Source: Microcystis aeruginosa NIES-843 (GTDB lineage: Bacteria; Cyanobacteriota; Cyanobacteriia; Cyanobacteriales; Microcystaceae). Taken from it: a DNA stretch of 32,000 nt. Of this stretch, positions 9,161 to 18,487 are shown in pieces. Position numbers and translations under genes: made by a program. The notes under the pieces were generated by a model. That model saw nothing but the letters and a program-made list of their open reading frames with translations. It was not told where the DNA came from and searched no databases. The stretch is taken from assembly GCF_000010625.1 (NCBI RefSeq), contig NC_010296.1:1320001-1352000 (forward strand). Reading direction: 5' to 3'. Position 1 is the first letter of the stretch, and each line of letters opens with the position of its first letter.

Positions 9161-10117
9161 CTATAGATAGTTAATTTTTTGAGCGAGTAGAGGTAAAGCA
9201 AGAGCGATAGTAACACTAACTATCATACCGATAAAAGCTTTTAAGGCATCCCCTAAAACCAGTTTACCCGTGGCGGCTAAATTAGGGGTTTCTCTGGTTA
9301 AAGTCAGAGAAATTTCTCGACCTCCTAATAAACCTAAAAATACCCAAGTGGTACTCATGGGAATATGATTATAGCCAACGAAAAACAGTAAAATTAGACC
9401 ATAAATTAAGTTAATAATTGTTGCAGAACGCAGATCATGGGCGTTAGTTTTGCTAGTGACAATTTTCTCGATTTGACCACCGTGATTAATAAAAATGATG
9501 GTTTGCAGGAGTAGCATAACTGTTAGAGATAAAACTAACCATGTTGCCGCTAACTTTCTGGGAAGATAGGCGAAAATATTAGCAAAATCTTGCATTAACC
9601 ATTGACTCCAGAGAAACCCGGTGGATAACCACTGTAAAACCACCCAGATTTTTTGAGGTTCTTGATTAACTGTTTCTAGGAAAAAGTTTTCTAATTGATA
9701 AATAATTCGATAGATGACTAACCCCACTATAACAGCAATAGCATAACCCCAAGCAGATTTAATTAACATTTCATCTAGAGATTGGGGAGCAAAAACTGTT
9801 AAAACCAAAAAGGTTGTACTCACAGGTATTCCCCAAGTGGTGAGAATTAAAATTGCTAAGGGAGGAACGATATAAATCCAAGTAAAAGTTTCTGGGAAGG
9901 GAATCATTTCTAGTCGATTATAAGCCACATCTCCCTGATTAATATACCAACCAGCGATAAAAATCGAGGCTAAGATTATACTGGTGTACAGCCATAAAAT
10001 CCACCAAGGACGTTCTTCATTGGCACTTAAAAAAGTCCCTAAAGTTTGTAGGGAATCGTTGGCAACAATCGCATAAGCTGATAGGATAAAGCCAGCAATC
10101 ATCAAAAAATTACTCAT
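9161..10117 (-). CDS. Polytopic integral membrane protein with weak PiT/PHO4-like transporter motifs
   Basis: The ORF is almost entirely hydrophobic spans. IVANDSLQTLG, GIPVSTTFLV and IPMSTTWVFLG resemble the GANDVAN / PVSTTH motifs of PiT-family transporters. The start is set at the first ATG (MSNFLMIAG) because the track start at 10153 is a TTG. Confidence 0.6.
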   Translation of the reverse strand: MSNFLMIAGFILSAYAIVANDSLQTLGTFLSANEERPWWILWLYTSIILASIFIAGWYINQGDVAYNRLEMIPFPETFTWIYIVPPLAILILTTWGIPVSTTFLVLTVFAPQSLDEMLIKSAWGYAIAVIVGLVIYRIIYQLENFFLETVNQEPQKIWVVLQWLSTGFLWSQWLMQDFANIFAYLPRKLAATWLVLSLTVMLLLQTIIFINHGGQIEKIVTSKTNAHDLRSATIINLIYGLILLFFVGYNHIPMSTTWVFLGLLGGREISLTLTRETPNLAATGKLVLGDALKAFIGMIVSVTIALALPLLAQKINYL

Positions 10118-10262
10118 AGACAAGTGAAAAAAATAAAACTTAAAGTAATACAAATCCTGTTCAAACAGTAGAGAAAAGCGCAGAGGTAGGAGAGCGGGAA
10201 GTGGGGAAGTGGGAATAAACGAAAACTTCCTACATCCCCATTAATATAACTGCTATAACTCC

Positions 10263-10811
10263 TTAATTTTGCTTTAAAAAATCCCTCGCTAGATAGAAAG
10301 CAGCTAAACTACCAGAGACGGTAATTTCCTGTGGATTAATTTCCTGTAAAGGTCGAAGAATAACTTCAATTTCCTCGGTAATATCTAACTTTTGTTGACC
10401 TGTGGGAGTAGCATTAAGAGCCAAAAAAATATGAATTCTGTTAGTATCTTTAACGGGATTATCGTACAAAACAGCCAGAGGTATTAGAGAATCACTTTGA
10501 TAACCGGTTTCCTCCTCGAATTCCCGACGCGCTGCCGCAGTAATATCATCTTCACCCGCATCTACTGCCCCGGCGGGAAATTCCAATAAAATTTCCTTAA
10601 CTCCGTGACGATATTGACGGACAAAAACCAATTGATTATCCCCAGTAACTGGAACAACTAAAACAATTTCAGGACGAATATTAACGAAATAATCATCGAT
10701 AACTTGTCCAGAGGATAACTTCACTGCGTCTTGACGGACTTGACACCAACGATTATGAAAAACTAGCTCGGATTTAATAATTTGCCATTTTTTTAAATTA
10801 GTCATCGACAA
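10263..10811 (-). CDS. NUDIX hydrolase (ADP-ribose pyrophosphatase-like)
   Basis: 182-aa ORF with the Nudix box GAVDAGEDDITAAARREFEEETGY (GX5EX7REUXEEXGU). Confidence 0.85.
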   Translation of the reverse strand: MSMTNLKKWQIIKSELVFHNRWCQVRQDAVKLSSGQVIDDYFVNIRPEIVLVVPVTGDNQLVFVRQYRHGVKEILLEFPAGAVDAGEDDITAAARREFEEETGYQSDSLIPLAVLYDNPVKDTNRIHIFLALNATPTGQQKLDITEEIEVILRPLQEINPQEITVSGSLAAFYLARDFLKQN

Positions 10812-10912
10812 TCCTGTTATAATTGCAGTGAAATTACTAAACTTTTTCTCAGATAATTATAGCTATCTAGGGACTATTTCTGATAAGATTTAATTTTATA
10901 CTCCCATCTCCC

Positions 10913-11752
10913 ATGTCGTTAATTCAATGGTATCCCGGTCATATTGCCAAAGCGGAAAGAAAACTCAAGGAACATCTTAAACTCGTGGATGTGGTCTTAG
11001 AAGTGCGCGATGCTCGCATTCCCTTAGCTTCCCATCATCCGCAGGTGGACGATTGGATTGGCAATAAACCGCGCTTGTTAATCTTAAATCGTCTCGATAT
11101 GATTCCCGAATCTGCCCATCAACAATGGGTAACATGGTTTAAAAGTCAAGGAAAAACCGTCTATTTTACTAACGCTAAACAGGGAGAAAGAGTTAAAGCA
11201 ATTATCAAAGCGGCGGAAAAAATTGGCGATGAAATTAACCAAAAACGCCAACTGAGAGGAATGTTACCGCGTCCAGTGCGCGCCGTGGTGATCGGGTTTC
11301 CCAATGTGGGCAAATCTGCCCTGATTAACCGTTTATTAGGGCGAAAAGTCGTCGCCAGCGCCCGCAGGGCCGGAGTAACGCGACAATTACAATGGGTACG
11401 AATTTCCGACACCTTAGAACTATTAGATGCGCCGGGGGTGATCCCTTCCCGTTTAGATAATCAAAGGGATGCGGTGAAATTAGCTATCTGTGAGGATATT
11501 GGGGATGCTGGTTATGATAACCAAAGGATAGCGGCGGCTTTTGTCGATTTATTAGTAGAATTAAACTATGAAGGTCTTTTACAATCTCGTTATGGGTTGA
11601 ATACTCTAGACATGACCGGGGAAGATTTTATCGAAAAATTGGCCAATCTCAAATATCAAGAAGATAAAGAAAGGGCAGCCATGCAGTTACTCAATGATTT
11701 TCGTAAGGGAATCATCGGGGCTATTCCCTTAGAATTGCCCCCTTCCTCTTGA
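10913..11752 (+). CDS. rbgA: Ribosome biogenesis GTPase A (YlqF/RbgA), circularly permuted GTPase
   Basis: 279-aa ORF. It begins IQWYPGHIAKA. LNRLD (G4) precedes the P-loop GFPNVGKSALIN (G1), and DAPG (G3) follows. This order is the permuted arrangement typical of YlqF. Confidence 0.88.
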   Translation: MSLIQWYPGHIAKAERKLKEHLKLVDVVLEVRDARIPLASHHPQVDDWIGNKPRLLILNRLDMIPESAHQQWVTWFKSQGKTVYFTNAKQGERVKAIIKAAEKIGDEINQKRQLRGMLPRPVRAVVIGFPNVGKSALINRLLGRKVVASARRAGVTRQLQWVRISDTLELLDAPGVIPSRLDNQRDAVKLAICEDIGDAGYDNQRIAAAFVDLLVELNYEGLLQSRYGLNTLDMTGEDFIEKLANLKYQEDKERAAMQLLNDFRKGIIGAIPLELPPSS

Positions 11753-11773
11753 AATCGCCTGTTTTTAACTCAA

Positions 11774-11997
11774 TAGTTAGGGTCTGCTGAAAAAGTTTTT
11801 CCTAGGGGCAGGGTGTAGGGTGTAGGGTGTGGGGTGTGGGGTTTTACCGATTTTGAGGGGGTCAATTACCTAATTTTCAGGGAAAAAGTAGCTGAATTTC
11901 CCCCTGATCACTCCCATATCTGGTACTTTTGGATTTCAAAAAAGGCTAAAAGTCTTATCCAGCAAAGTTTTTAGATTTATTCAGCAGACCCTAGTTA
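11774..11997 (+). mobile_element. MITE copy A (~224 bp): TAGGGTCTGCTGAA / TTCAGCAGACCCTA termini with an internal (GGGTGTR)n array
   Basis: Perfect 14-bp terminal inverted repeats lie at 11778-11791 and 11980-11993. It is ~90% similar by eye to 13622-13846 (same orientation) and to 30584-30808 (inverted). There is no ORF. Confidence 0.8.
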
Positions 11998-12131
11998 ATT
12001 CCCGAATTTGTCAAAATTACCGCCTGTTAGTCCACTGAGTTGCGGATAAGATTAAAGAAATCGGTAAAGTTGCGGGGATCGATCGAACTGTGAAGGAAGA
12101 TAGGGAATAAACGACAGAGATAACAAAGACT

Positions 12132-13616
12132 ATGGGCAAACCGACTGGCTTTATCGAATTCCTGCGTGAACTTCCTTCCGAACTTACCCCCCTCGATCGC
12201 CTTCATAATTGGGATGAGTTTCATCTTCCCATGCCAGAAGATAAACTCCGCAATCAGGCCGCCCGTTGTATGGATTGTGGTACACCATTTTGTCACACGG
12301 GAACGCTAATTAGTGGCATGGCCAGTGGTTGCCCGATTAATAACCTGATTCCCGAATGGAATGATTTAATCTATCGAGGATTGTGGCGAGAAGCCCTCGA
12401 TCGCCTCCATAAAACCAATAATTTCCCCGAATTTACCGGTAGAGTCTGCCCCGCTCCCTGTGAGGGTTCCTGTGTTCTCGGTATTCATAATCCCCCCGTT
12501 ACGATCAAAAATATTGAATGTTCGATTATTGACAAAGGTTGGGAATCCGGTTGGATTACTGCCAATCCCCCCGCCATCCGTACCGGCAAAAAAGTGGCCG
12601 TGATCGGTTCTGGACCTGCTGGATTAGCAGCCGCCGACCAGTTAAATAAAGCCGGTCACTGGGTGACAGTTTATGAACGGGCCGATCGCCCCGGGGGGCT
12701 ATTAATGTACGGTATCCCCAACATGAAGTTAGATAAGGAAGAAGTCGTTCTGCGTCGTCTCCAGATGCTCGAACAGGAAGGGGTAAAAATGGTCTGTAAC
12801 ACGGAAGTGGGCAAGGATATCAGCGCCCAAGACCTATTAAACGAATACGATGCCGTGGTTATCTGTACCGGGGCCACCAAACCCCGGGATTTAAACATCG
12901 AAGGTCGCCAATTAAAGGGCATTCACTTCGCCATGGAGTTTCTCACCGCTAATACAAAAGCACTATTAGATGGACAACCGGGGGAGGATTTTATCTCGGC
13001 CGCGGGTAAAGACGTGGTAATTATCGGCGGTGGCGACACGGGAACCGACTGTGTGGGGACTTCCCTGCGTCATAACTGCCGTAGCGTCACCCAATTAGAG
13101 ATTATGCCGCAACCGCCCCGAGAACGGGCCGCCGATAATCCCTGGCCCGAATGGCCGAAAATCTACCGTCTGGACTATGGACAAGAGGAAGCGGCCGCAC
13201 GTTTTGGCGATGACCCCCGGGTTTATACCACCACGGCGACTAAATTCGAGGGGGATAGCGAGGGCAACGTCACAGGGATTCACACGGTACGGGTGGAATG
13301 GCAACGCAACGAAAAAGGGCAGTTTATCCCCCAACCGGTAGCAGGAACAGAAAAAGTCATCCCGACGCAATTGGTTCTATTGGCCATGGGATTTTTGGGA
13401 CCAGAACAGCCTTTACTCGATGATTTAGGCTTAGAAAAGGATGCCCGCAGCAATATCAAGGCCGAACACGGTCAATTTGCCACTAGCTTACCGAAAGTGT
13501 TCGCCGCAGGGGATTGTCGTCGTGGTCAAAGTTTGGTGGTTTGGGCGATTAATGAAGGTCGCGGGGCCGCCAGAGAATGCGATCGCTTTTTGATGGGGGC
13601 GACGGATTTACCTTAA
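12132..13616 (+). CDS. gltD: Glutamate synthase small subunit (NAD(P)H-dependent GOGAT beta chain)
   Basis: 494-aa ORF. It has N-terminal Fe-S Cys clusters ([18 protein letters not shown]), the dinucleotide folds [14 protein letters not shown] and [13 protein letters not shown], and a C-terminal [16 protein letters not shown]. Confidence 0.9.
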   Translation: MGKPTGFIEFLRELPSELTPLDRLHNWDEFHLPMPEDKLRNQAARCMDCGTPFCHTGTLISGMASGCPINNLIPEWNDLIYRGLWREALDRLHKTNNFPEFTGRVCPAPCEGSCVLGIHNPPVTIKNIECSIIDKGWESGWITANPPAIRTGKKVAVIGSGPAGLAAADQLNKAGHWVTVYERADRPGGLLMYGIPNMKLDKEEVVLRRLQMLEQEGVKMVCNTEVGKDISAQDLLNEYDAVVICTGATKPRDLNIEGRQLKGIHFAMEFLTANTKALLDGQPGEDFISAAGKDVVIIGGGDTGTDCVGTSLRHNCRSVTQLEIMPQPPRERAADNPWPEWPKIYRLDYGQEEAAARFGDDPRVYTTTATKFEGDSEGNVTGIHTVRVEWQRNEKGQFIPQPVAGTEKVIPTQLVLLAMGFLGPEQPLLDDLGLEKDARSNIKAEHGQFATSLPKVFAAGDCRRGQSLVVWAINEGRGAARECDRFLMGATDLP

Positions 13617-13621
13617 ACCAG

Positions 13622-13846
13622 TAGTTAGGGCTTGCTGAAAAAGTTTTTTGTGGGGGCAGGGTGTGGGGTGTGGGGTGTGGGGTGTAGGGTTTTACCGATT
13701 TTGAGGGGGTCAATTACCTAATTTTCAGGGAAAAAGTACCTGAATTTTCCCCCCGATCACTCCCATATCCGGTACTTTTTGATTTCTAAAAGGTCTAAAA
13801 GTCTTACCCAACAAGGTTTTTAGATTTATTCAGCCAGCCCTAGTTA
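13622..13846 (+). mobile_element. MITE copy B (~225 bp), same family and orientation as copy A
   Basis: It begins tagttagggcttgctgaa and ends ttcagccagccctagtta. Its internal sequence is colinear with 11774-11997, including ttttaccgattttgagggggtcaattacctaattttcagggaaaaagta. Confidence 0.8.
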
Positions 13847-14023
13847 CTCCTGCCATTGTCCTGACTTGCTGGGGGTGCTTACCCCTTGTGATAGTCAGGG
13901 CCAAAAAGAGGCCTCAGCCATAGCCATCAAAACCCAACCGCCGGTCAAACCTTCTCAATCTGAAGAGGAGGAGGAGCGACGAAACAATTGTCCCTATTGC
14001 CTATCTAGACAATTGCTCCCTGT

Positions 14024-14764
14024 TTAAACCGTTGCCGCCGATGAATCAAGCACCACCTGTTCATTGGTGGGTAACTCCAGACAATAACCCGCACCGTAAA
14101 CGGTTTTAATATAGCGAGGATGACGGGGATCGGGTTCTAGTTTCGTTCTCAGATGGCGAATATGAACGCGAATAGTCTCGATATCATCATCGGGATCGTA
14201 TCCCCAGACCTCCTTGAGAATATCACTAGGGGAAACGGTTTGACCGTGACGTTGGAGAAGACAGTGGAGTAACTCGAATTCTAGATGGGTTAACTTGACC
14301 ACACTTTCAAACCAGACCGCCTCAAAACGTTCGGGAACCAGGGTTAAAGGTCCAAAACTGAGTATTTCTGAGTGTTTAGCGGCTTGGGGAATGCGATCGG
14401 TGCGTCTGAGGAGAGCGCGTACCCTAGCTAACATTTCCTCCACCTCGAAAGGTTTGGTCAGGTAATCATCAGCACCCGCATTAAAACCTTCCACTTTATC
14501 TTGGGTTTGTCCTAAGGCTGTGAGCATCAAAATCGGGATGTCGGACGTGCGTTCATCTCGTCGCAAACGCTGACAGACAGTAAAACCATCGACTTTGGGC
14601 AGCATTAAATCCAGCATGATTAAATCGGGTTGTAACTGGACGGCCAAGGCCTGGCCTTTAATCCCGTCCTCTGCGGGATTAACGTCATAACCCGCCATCT
14701 CCAGGTTGATGGAGACTAATTCCGCGATTGCAGGATCATCATCGATTACAAGTATTCGGGGCAT
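14024..14764 (-). CDS. rpaA: OmpR-family two-component response regulator, RpaA-type (circadian/redox output regulator)
   Basis: 246-aa ORF. It has a receiver domain ([10 protein letters not shown], phospho-acceptor context LIMLDLMLP, and LTA/K motifs) plus a winged-helix domain ([19 protein letters not shown]). The N-terminal sequence closely resembles my recollection of cyanobacterial RpaA. Confidence 0.8.
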   Translation of the reverse strand: MPRILVIDDDPAIAELVSINLEMAGYDVNPAEDGIKGQALAVQLQPDLIMLDLMLPKVDGFTVCQRLRRDERTSDIPILMLTALGQTQDKVEGFNAGADDYLTKPFEVEEMLARVRALLRRTDRIPQAAKHSEILSFGPLTLVPERFEAVWFESVVKLTHLEFELLHCLLQRHGQTVSPSDILKEVWGYDPDDDIETIRVHIRHLRTKLEPDPRHPRYIKTVYGAGYCLELPTNEQVVLDSSAATV

Positions 14765-15274
14765 TACCAGAGTGTTATGACTAAGGGTTTGGGTAGGGGG
14801 TTGCTAAATGTGTTCTCGCTGACATCGCAACTAGGGCTTTGTCTCTCAAGGGCTTGAGTTTAGCACAACATAAAGAATCCTGTACTGATTATAAGCATGA
14901 TTGCTAAATTCGGTTTTAATTTGTGAAATTTTGCTGATATAAGTCTCCTGAATGTTAAGAATTTTTAAGAAGCGTGAAGAATGTTGCTCGATGATTGATA
15001 TTGGCGCTAGACTACACCCTCTCTCTCAACAAGATCAACTAGGGAGCAGTTTTTCACTAATCTTTACAATTGCGCCATCTCGATCGATACCGGTTTCAAC
15101 CGGCGGTCAAGTCCTGCTAGAGCTAACTTTTCTCCCTAAGCTCCCCCGGCGGCACTGTAAAAATTCTTAATAAAATTACCGATCGATTCAGTTTAATCTA
15201 CCAAAATAGACGGTTTTAGTAAGCATCTGTAACGAACCCGATCCATTCCACTCATCCCAACAGGTGATCATAAT

Positions 15275-15994
15275 ATGAGCGTTAATTTATCAACTCAACT
15301 GCGGGAAGGCACGAAAAAATCCCACACCATGGCAGAAAACGTCGGTTTTGTCAAGTGTTTTCTCAAAGGTGTGGTAGAAAAAACTTCCTATCGCAAACTG
15401 GTGGCTAACCTCTACTTCGTCTATTCGGCCATGGAGGAGGAGATGGAAAAACTTCCTAGTCATCCCGTCGTTTCTAAAATCTGTTTTCCTGAACTCAATC
15501 GCAAAAATGCGCTAGAACAGGATTTATATTTTTATTATGGTCCCAATTGGCGCAACGAGATCGCTTTATCTCCCGCAGGTCAGGCCTACGTTAACCGGAT
15601 TCGGGAAATCGCCACAACAGAACCCGAATTATTAGTCGCCCATTCCTATACCCGTTATCTCGGCGATCTGTCCGGGGGGCAAATATTGAAAAAAATCGCC
15701 GAAAAAGCGATGAATCTGGAAACTGGTGGCACGGCTTTCTATGATTTCAAAGATATTTCCGACGAAAAAGCCTATAAAAACCACTATCGTCAAACCCTCG
15801 ACGAGTTACCGGTGGATCAAGCCATGGCCGATCGCATTGTCACCGAAGCTAACGCCGCTTTTGGCATGAACATGAAAATGTTCCAAGAGTTGGAAGGTAA
15901 TCTGATCAAAGCGATCGGAATTATGCTCTTTAATACTCTCACCCGTCGTCGCACCACCGGCAGCACCGAAACTGGATTGGCTACCGCCGAATAG
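15275..15994 (+). CDS. ho1: Heme oxygenase 1
   Basis: 239-aa ORF. LREGTKKSHTMAENVGFVKCFLKG carries the proximal His. YTRYLGDLSGGQILKKI is the heme-oxygenase signature. Confidence 0.92.
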   Translation: MSVNLSTQLREGTKKSHTMAENVGFVKCFLKGVVEKTSYRKLVANLYFVYSAMEEEMEKLPSHPVVSKICFPELNRKNALEQDLYFYYGPNWRNEIALSPAGQAYVNRIREIATTEPELLVAHSYTRYLGDLSGGQILKKIAEKAMNLETGGTAFYDFKDISDEKAYKNHYRQTLDELPVDQAMADRIVTEANAAFGMNMKMFQELEGNLIKAIGIMLFNTLTRRRTTGSTETGLATAE

Positions 15995-16529
15995 TAGTCA
16001 AGAAAACCTAAAAAAACGGATAATTCTAGAATTGGGGTAATGGTTAGCCTTGACATCCTCGCCGCCCTAAAAGTGCGGCGATTCCTAAACCTCACGATTT
16101 AAGTTTCTGCTTCCACCACCGTCGCATACCACAGTTAAAAAACCATGTACTGTCTTACACAGAGTCCACAGACTTTCGCCCCATTTCAGAAGCCCGATTC
16201 CGTGTGTCCCACGGTACGTTGACCGCCTATAGCTTCTTGTACTTGTTGCGCGCGACTTTTTACCCGGCCAAGCTTTTCTGGTCGGAACCCCCTAAGCCGA
16301 GTTTTCAAGGTGCTGCGCCGTCCACTTGGTTTTCGAGACTGGCCTTTTAATTCTAACGTAAAGCCAACCTAGAACGGCGGGGTTTCAGACCCAAAATTTC
16401 CGATGATTATTATCTGAATTTCGGAGTTATCCGTTATATTTTGGCTTTTTATTCAGGAGATAGGAGTCAGGGTGATAGGGTTTTGGGGTGATAGGGATTT
16501 AGGGGTTTAGGGAAATTTCATCCAAATGC

Positions 16530-16668
16530 TCCACTACCCCACTACCCCACTTCCCCCCACACCCCACACCCCACACCCTACTTCCCCACTTCCCCCCACA
16601 CTCCACACCCCACACCCCACACCCCACACCCCACACCCCACACCCCACACCCCACACCCCACTTCCCC
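16530..16668. repeat. CCCCACA heptamer tandem array (about 15 units, some degenerate as CTTCCCC/CCCTACT)
   Basis: Direct reading. The ORFs 16499-16693 (-) and 16526-16714 (+) are pure translations of this repeat (GVWGVGC / PHTPHPT). Confidence 0.9.
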
Positions 16669-16835
16669 GATGATCGAGAAAAAACTTCATCAAGAGGGGA
16701 ACAACTTCCAGTAAGATGAAAAATGGTCAGTGAAAAAGCTAACCGAAATTTATTGTCGGAAATGGTAACACCGCCCCATTTCCCCAGACCCTAGAGGCTA
16801 GAGTCCGGTAAACCAGCGGATAAAAATTGACATCC

Positions 16836-17084
16836 ATGAGTGAAGGTATTTTCGATCGAGTTAAAAAAGTTGTTGTGGAACAATTAGAAGTAGAGCCGGA
16901 AAAAGTTACTCCCGACGCAAGCTTTGCTAATGATCTGCAAGCTGATTCCCTTGATGTGGTCGAGTTAGTGATGGCTTTAGAGGAAGAATTTGATATTGAA
17001 ATTCCCGACGAAGCGGCCGAACAAATTGACACTGTAGGCAAAGCTGTTGACCATATTAGCGAGAAAGTAGGAGCAACCGCCTAA
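16836..17084 (+). CDS. acpP: Acyl carrier protein
   Basis: It contains the LGADSLD-type phosphopantetheine site ([26 protein letters not shown]). The start is moved to the first ATG (MSEGIF) because the track start at 16827 is a TTG. Confidence 0.92.
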   Translation: MSEGIFDRVKKVVVEQLEVEPEKVTPDASFANDLQADSLDVVELVMALEEEFDIEIPDEAAEQIDTVGKAVDHISEKVGATA

Positions 17085-17154
17085 TTATTGCGGGAAAATT
17101 GACAATTTAGCCTTAAATATCTGGGGCAAAATCTGCCCTTATTTTTGAACAAAC

Positions 17155-18405
17155 ATGACAGAATTGCCATTAAAAAGGGTTGTCATCACGGGGATGGGTG
17201 CAATCACTCCCCTCGGCAATAATCTAGCAGACTATTGGACAGGCTTAATCAACGGCAAAAGTGGCATTGGTTTAATTACACACTTTGATGCCTCCCGTCA
17301 CGCTTGTCGCATTGCTGGGGAAGTGCGGGGTTTTGACCCCCACGACTATGTGGATCGCAAAGAGGCAAAGCGCATGGACCGTTTCGCTCAATTTGCCGTC
17401 GCCGCCAGTTTGCAAGCACTGCAAGATTCTCGATTAGTTATCGACGCTCTCAATGCCGATGATATAGGCGTACTAATCGGTACGGGCGTGGGTGGCATAA
17501 AAGTGCTTGAGGATCAACAGGAAATTTACTTGACAAAAGGTCCGGGCCGGTGTAGTCCCTTCATGATCCCGATGATGATTGCCAATATGGCCGCTGGTTT
17601 AACCGCCATCCACACGGGGGCCAAAGGACCGAGTAACTGCACCGTGACCGCTTGCGCCGCCGGTTCCAATGCCATCGGCGATGCTTTTCGTCTAGTACAA
17701 AGGGGTTTGGCCAAAGCGATGATCTGCGGTGGGACGGAGGCCGCCGTTACCCCCCTAGGATTGGCTGGTTTTGCCTCCGCTAAGGCCCTGTCCACCCGCA
17801 ACGATGACCCCACCCGGGCCAGTCGTCCCTTTGACAAGGATCGGGATGGTTTTGTTATGGGGGAAGGGGCAGGAATCTTGATTATAGAGGAATTAGAAAC
17901 GGCCTTAGCCCGTGGGGCGCGGATTTACGCCGAAATGATCGGTTATGGTCTGACTTGCGATGCCTATCACATGACGGCACCGGTTCCCGATGGTCGTGGG
18001 GCCACCAGAGCGATCGAATTAGCGATCAAAGATGCCGGTTTGACTCCGGCGGAAATTAGCTATATCAACGCCCACGGCACCAGTACAGGGGCCAATGATC
18101 CCACGGAAACCAAGGCGATTAAAAAAGCTTTAGGAGAATCGGCCTACCAAATCCCCGTCAGTTCCACCAAATCGATGACAGGCCACCTTTTAGGCGGTTC
18201 TGGCGGCATTGAAGCCGTGGCCACGGTAATGGCGATCGCTAATGAGCGGATTCCCCCGACTCTCAACCTTGACAATCCTGACCCCGATTGTGATCTTGAT
18301 TACGTCCCCTACGAAAGTCGTCAGCAGATAGTTAACGCTGCCCTCTCCAACTCCTTTGGATTTGGTGGCCATAACGTCACCTTAGCTTTTAGAAAATATG
18401 CTTGA
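17155..18405 (+). CDS. fabF: Beta-ketoacyl-ACP synthase II
   Basis: 416-aa ORF. The active-site Cys is in TVTACAAGSNAIG, the His residues are in CDAYHMT and INAHGTST, and the C-terminus reads SNSFGFGGHN. It lies directly downstream of acpP. Confidence 0.92.
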   Translation: MTELPLKRVVITGMGAITPLGNNLADYWTGLINGKSGIGLITHFDASRHACRIAGEVRGFDPHDYVDRKEAKRMDRFAQFAVAASLQALQDSRLVIDALNADDIGVLIGTGVGGIKVLEDQQEIYLTKGPGRCSPFMIPMMIANMAAGLTAIHTGAKGPSNCTVTACAAGSNAIGDAFRLVQRGLAKAMICGGTEAAVTPLGLAGFASAKALSTRNDDPTRASRPFDKDRDGFVMGEGAGILIIEELETALARGARIYAEMIGYGLTCDAYHMTAPVPDGRGATRAIELAIKDAGLTPAEISYINAHGTSTGANDPTETKAIKKALGESAYQIPVSSTKSMTGHLLGGSGGIEAVATVMAIANERIPPTLNLDNPDPDCDLDYVPYESRQQIVNAALSNSFGFGGHNVTLAFRKYA

Positions 18406-18487
18406 GTCGATGCCCCCGAAAGAGTAATCTTTGAGTGGCTCCCTCTTTAACCTGGTCTTATTTTTGTAGTTCATTCTAAAAAACATT

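Noticed and set aside
12027-12296. Minus-strand ORF overlapping the gltD start
   Set aside because: It overlaps the well-supported gltD frame and has no motif. It is an antisense artefact.
13853-14029. Open frame encoding ...SCHCPDLL...[14 protein letters not shown] (a CxC...CxxC, zinc-ribbon-like pattern)
   Set aside because: It has no ATG, only weak TTG/GTG candidates. It starts inside or next to MITE copy B and overlaps the rpaA 3' end. The evidence is too weak to call.
14952-15170. 72-aa plus ORF in the rpaA-ho1 intergenic region
   Set aside because: It has no Shine-Dalgarno sequence or motif, and its composition is not protein-like. The region is more plausibly the divergent promoter region.
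16100-16400. Identification of this segment as tmRNA, RNase P RNA, SRP RNA or a group II intron domain V
   Set aside because: Only short chance similarities were seen (gaaagtc, ggaagcag, acgtaccg, ttccacca). The required conserved cores (GAGGAAAGUCCGGGC, a tRNA-like T-arm plus CCA, the GNRA-capped SRP helix) are absent.
16499-16714. ORFs 16499-16693 (-) and 16526-16714 (+)
   Set aside because: They are pure translations of the CCCCACA tandem array (GVWGVGC / PHTPHPT repeats), not genes.
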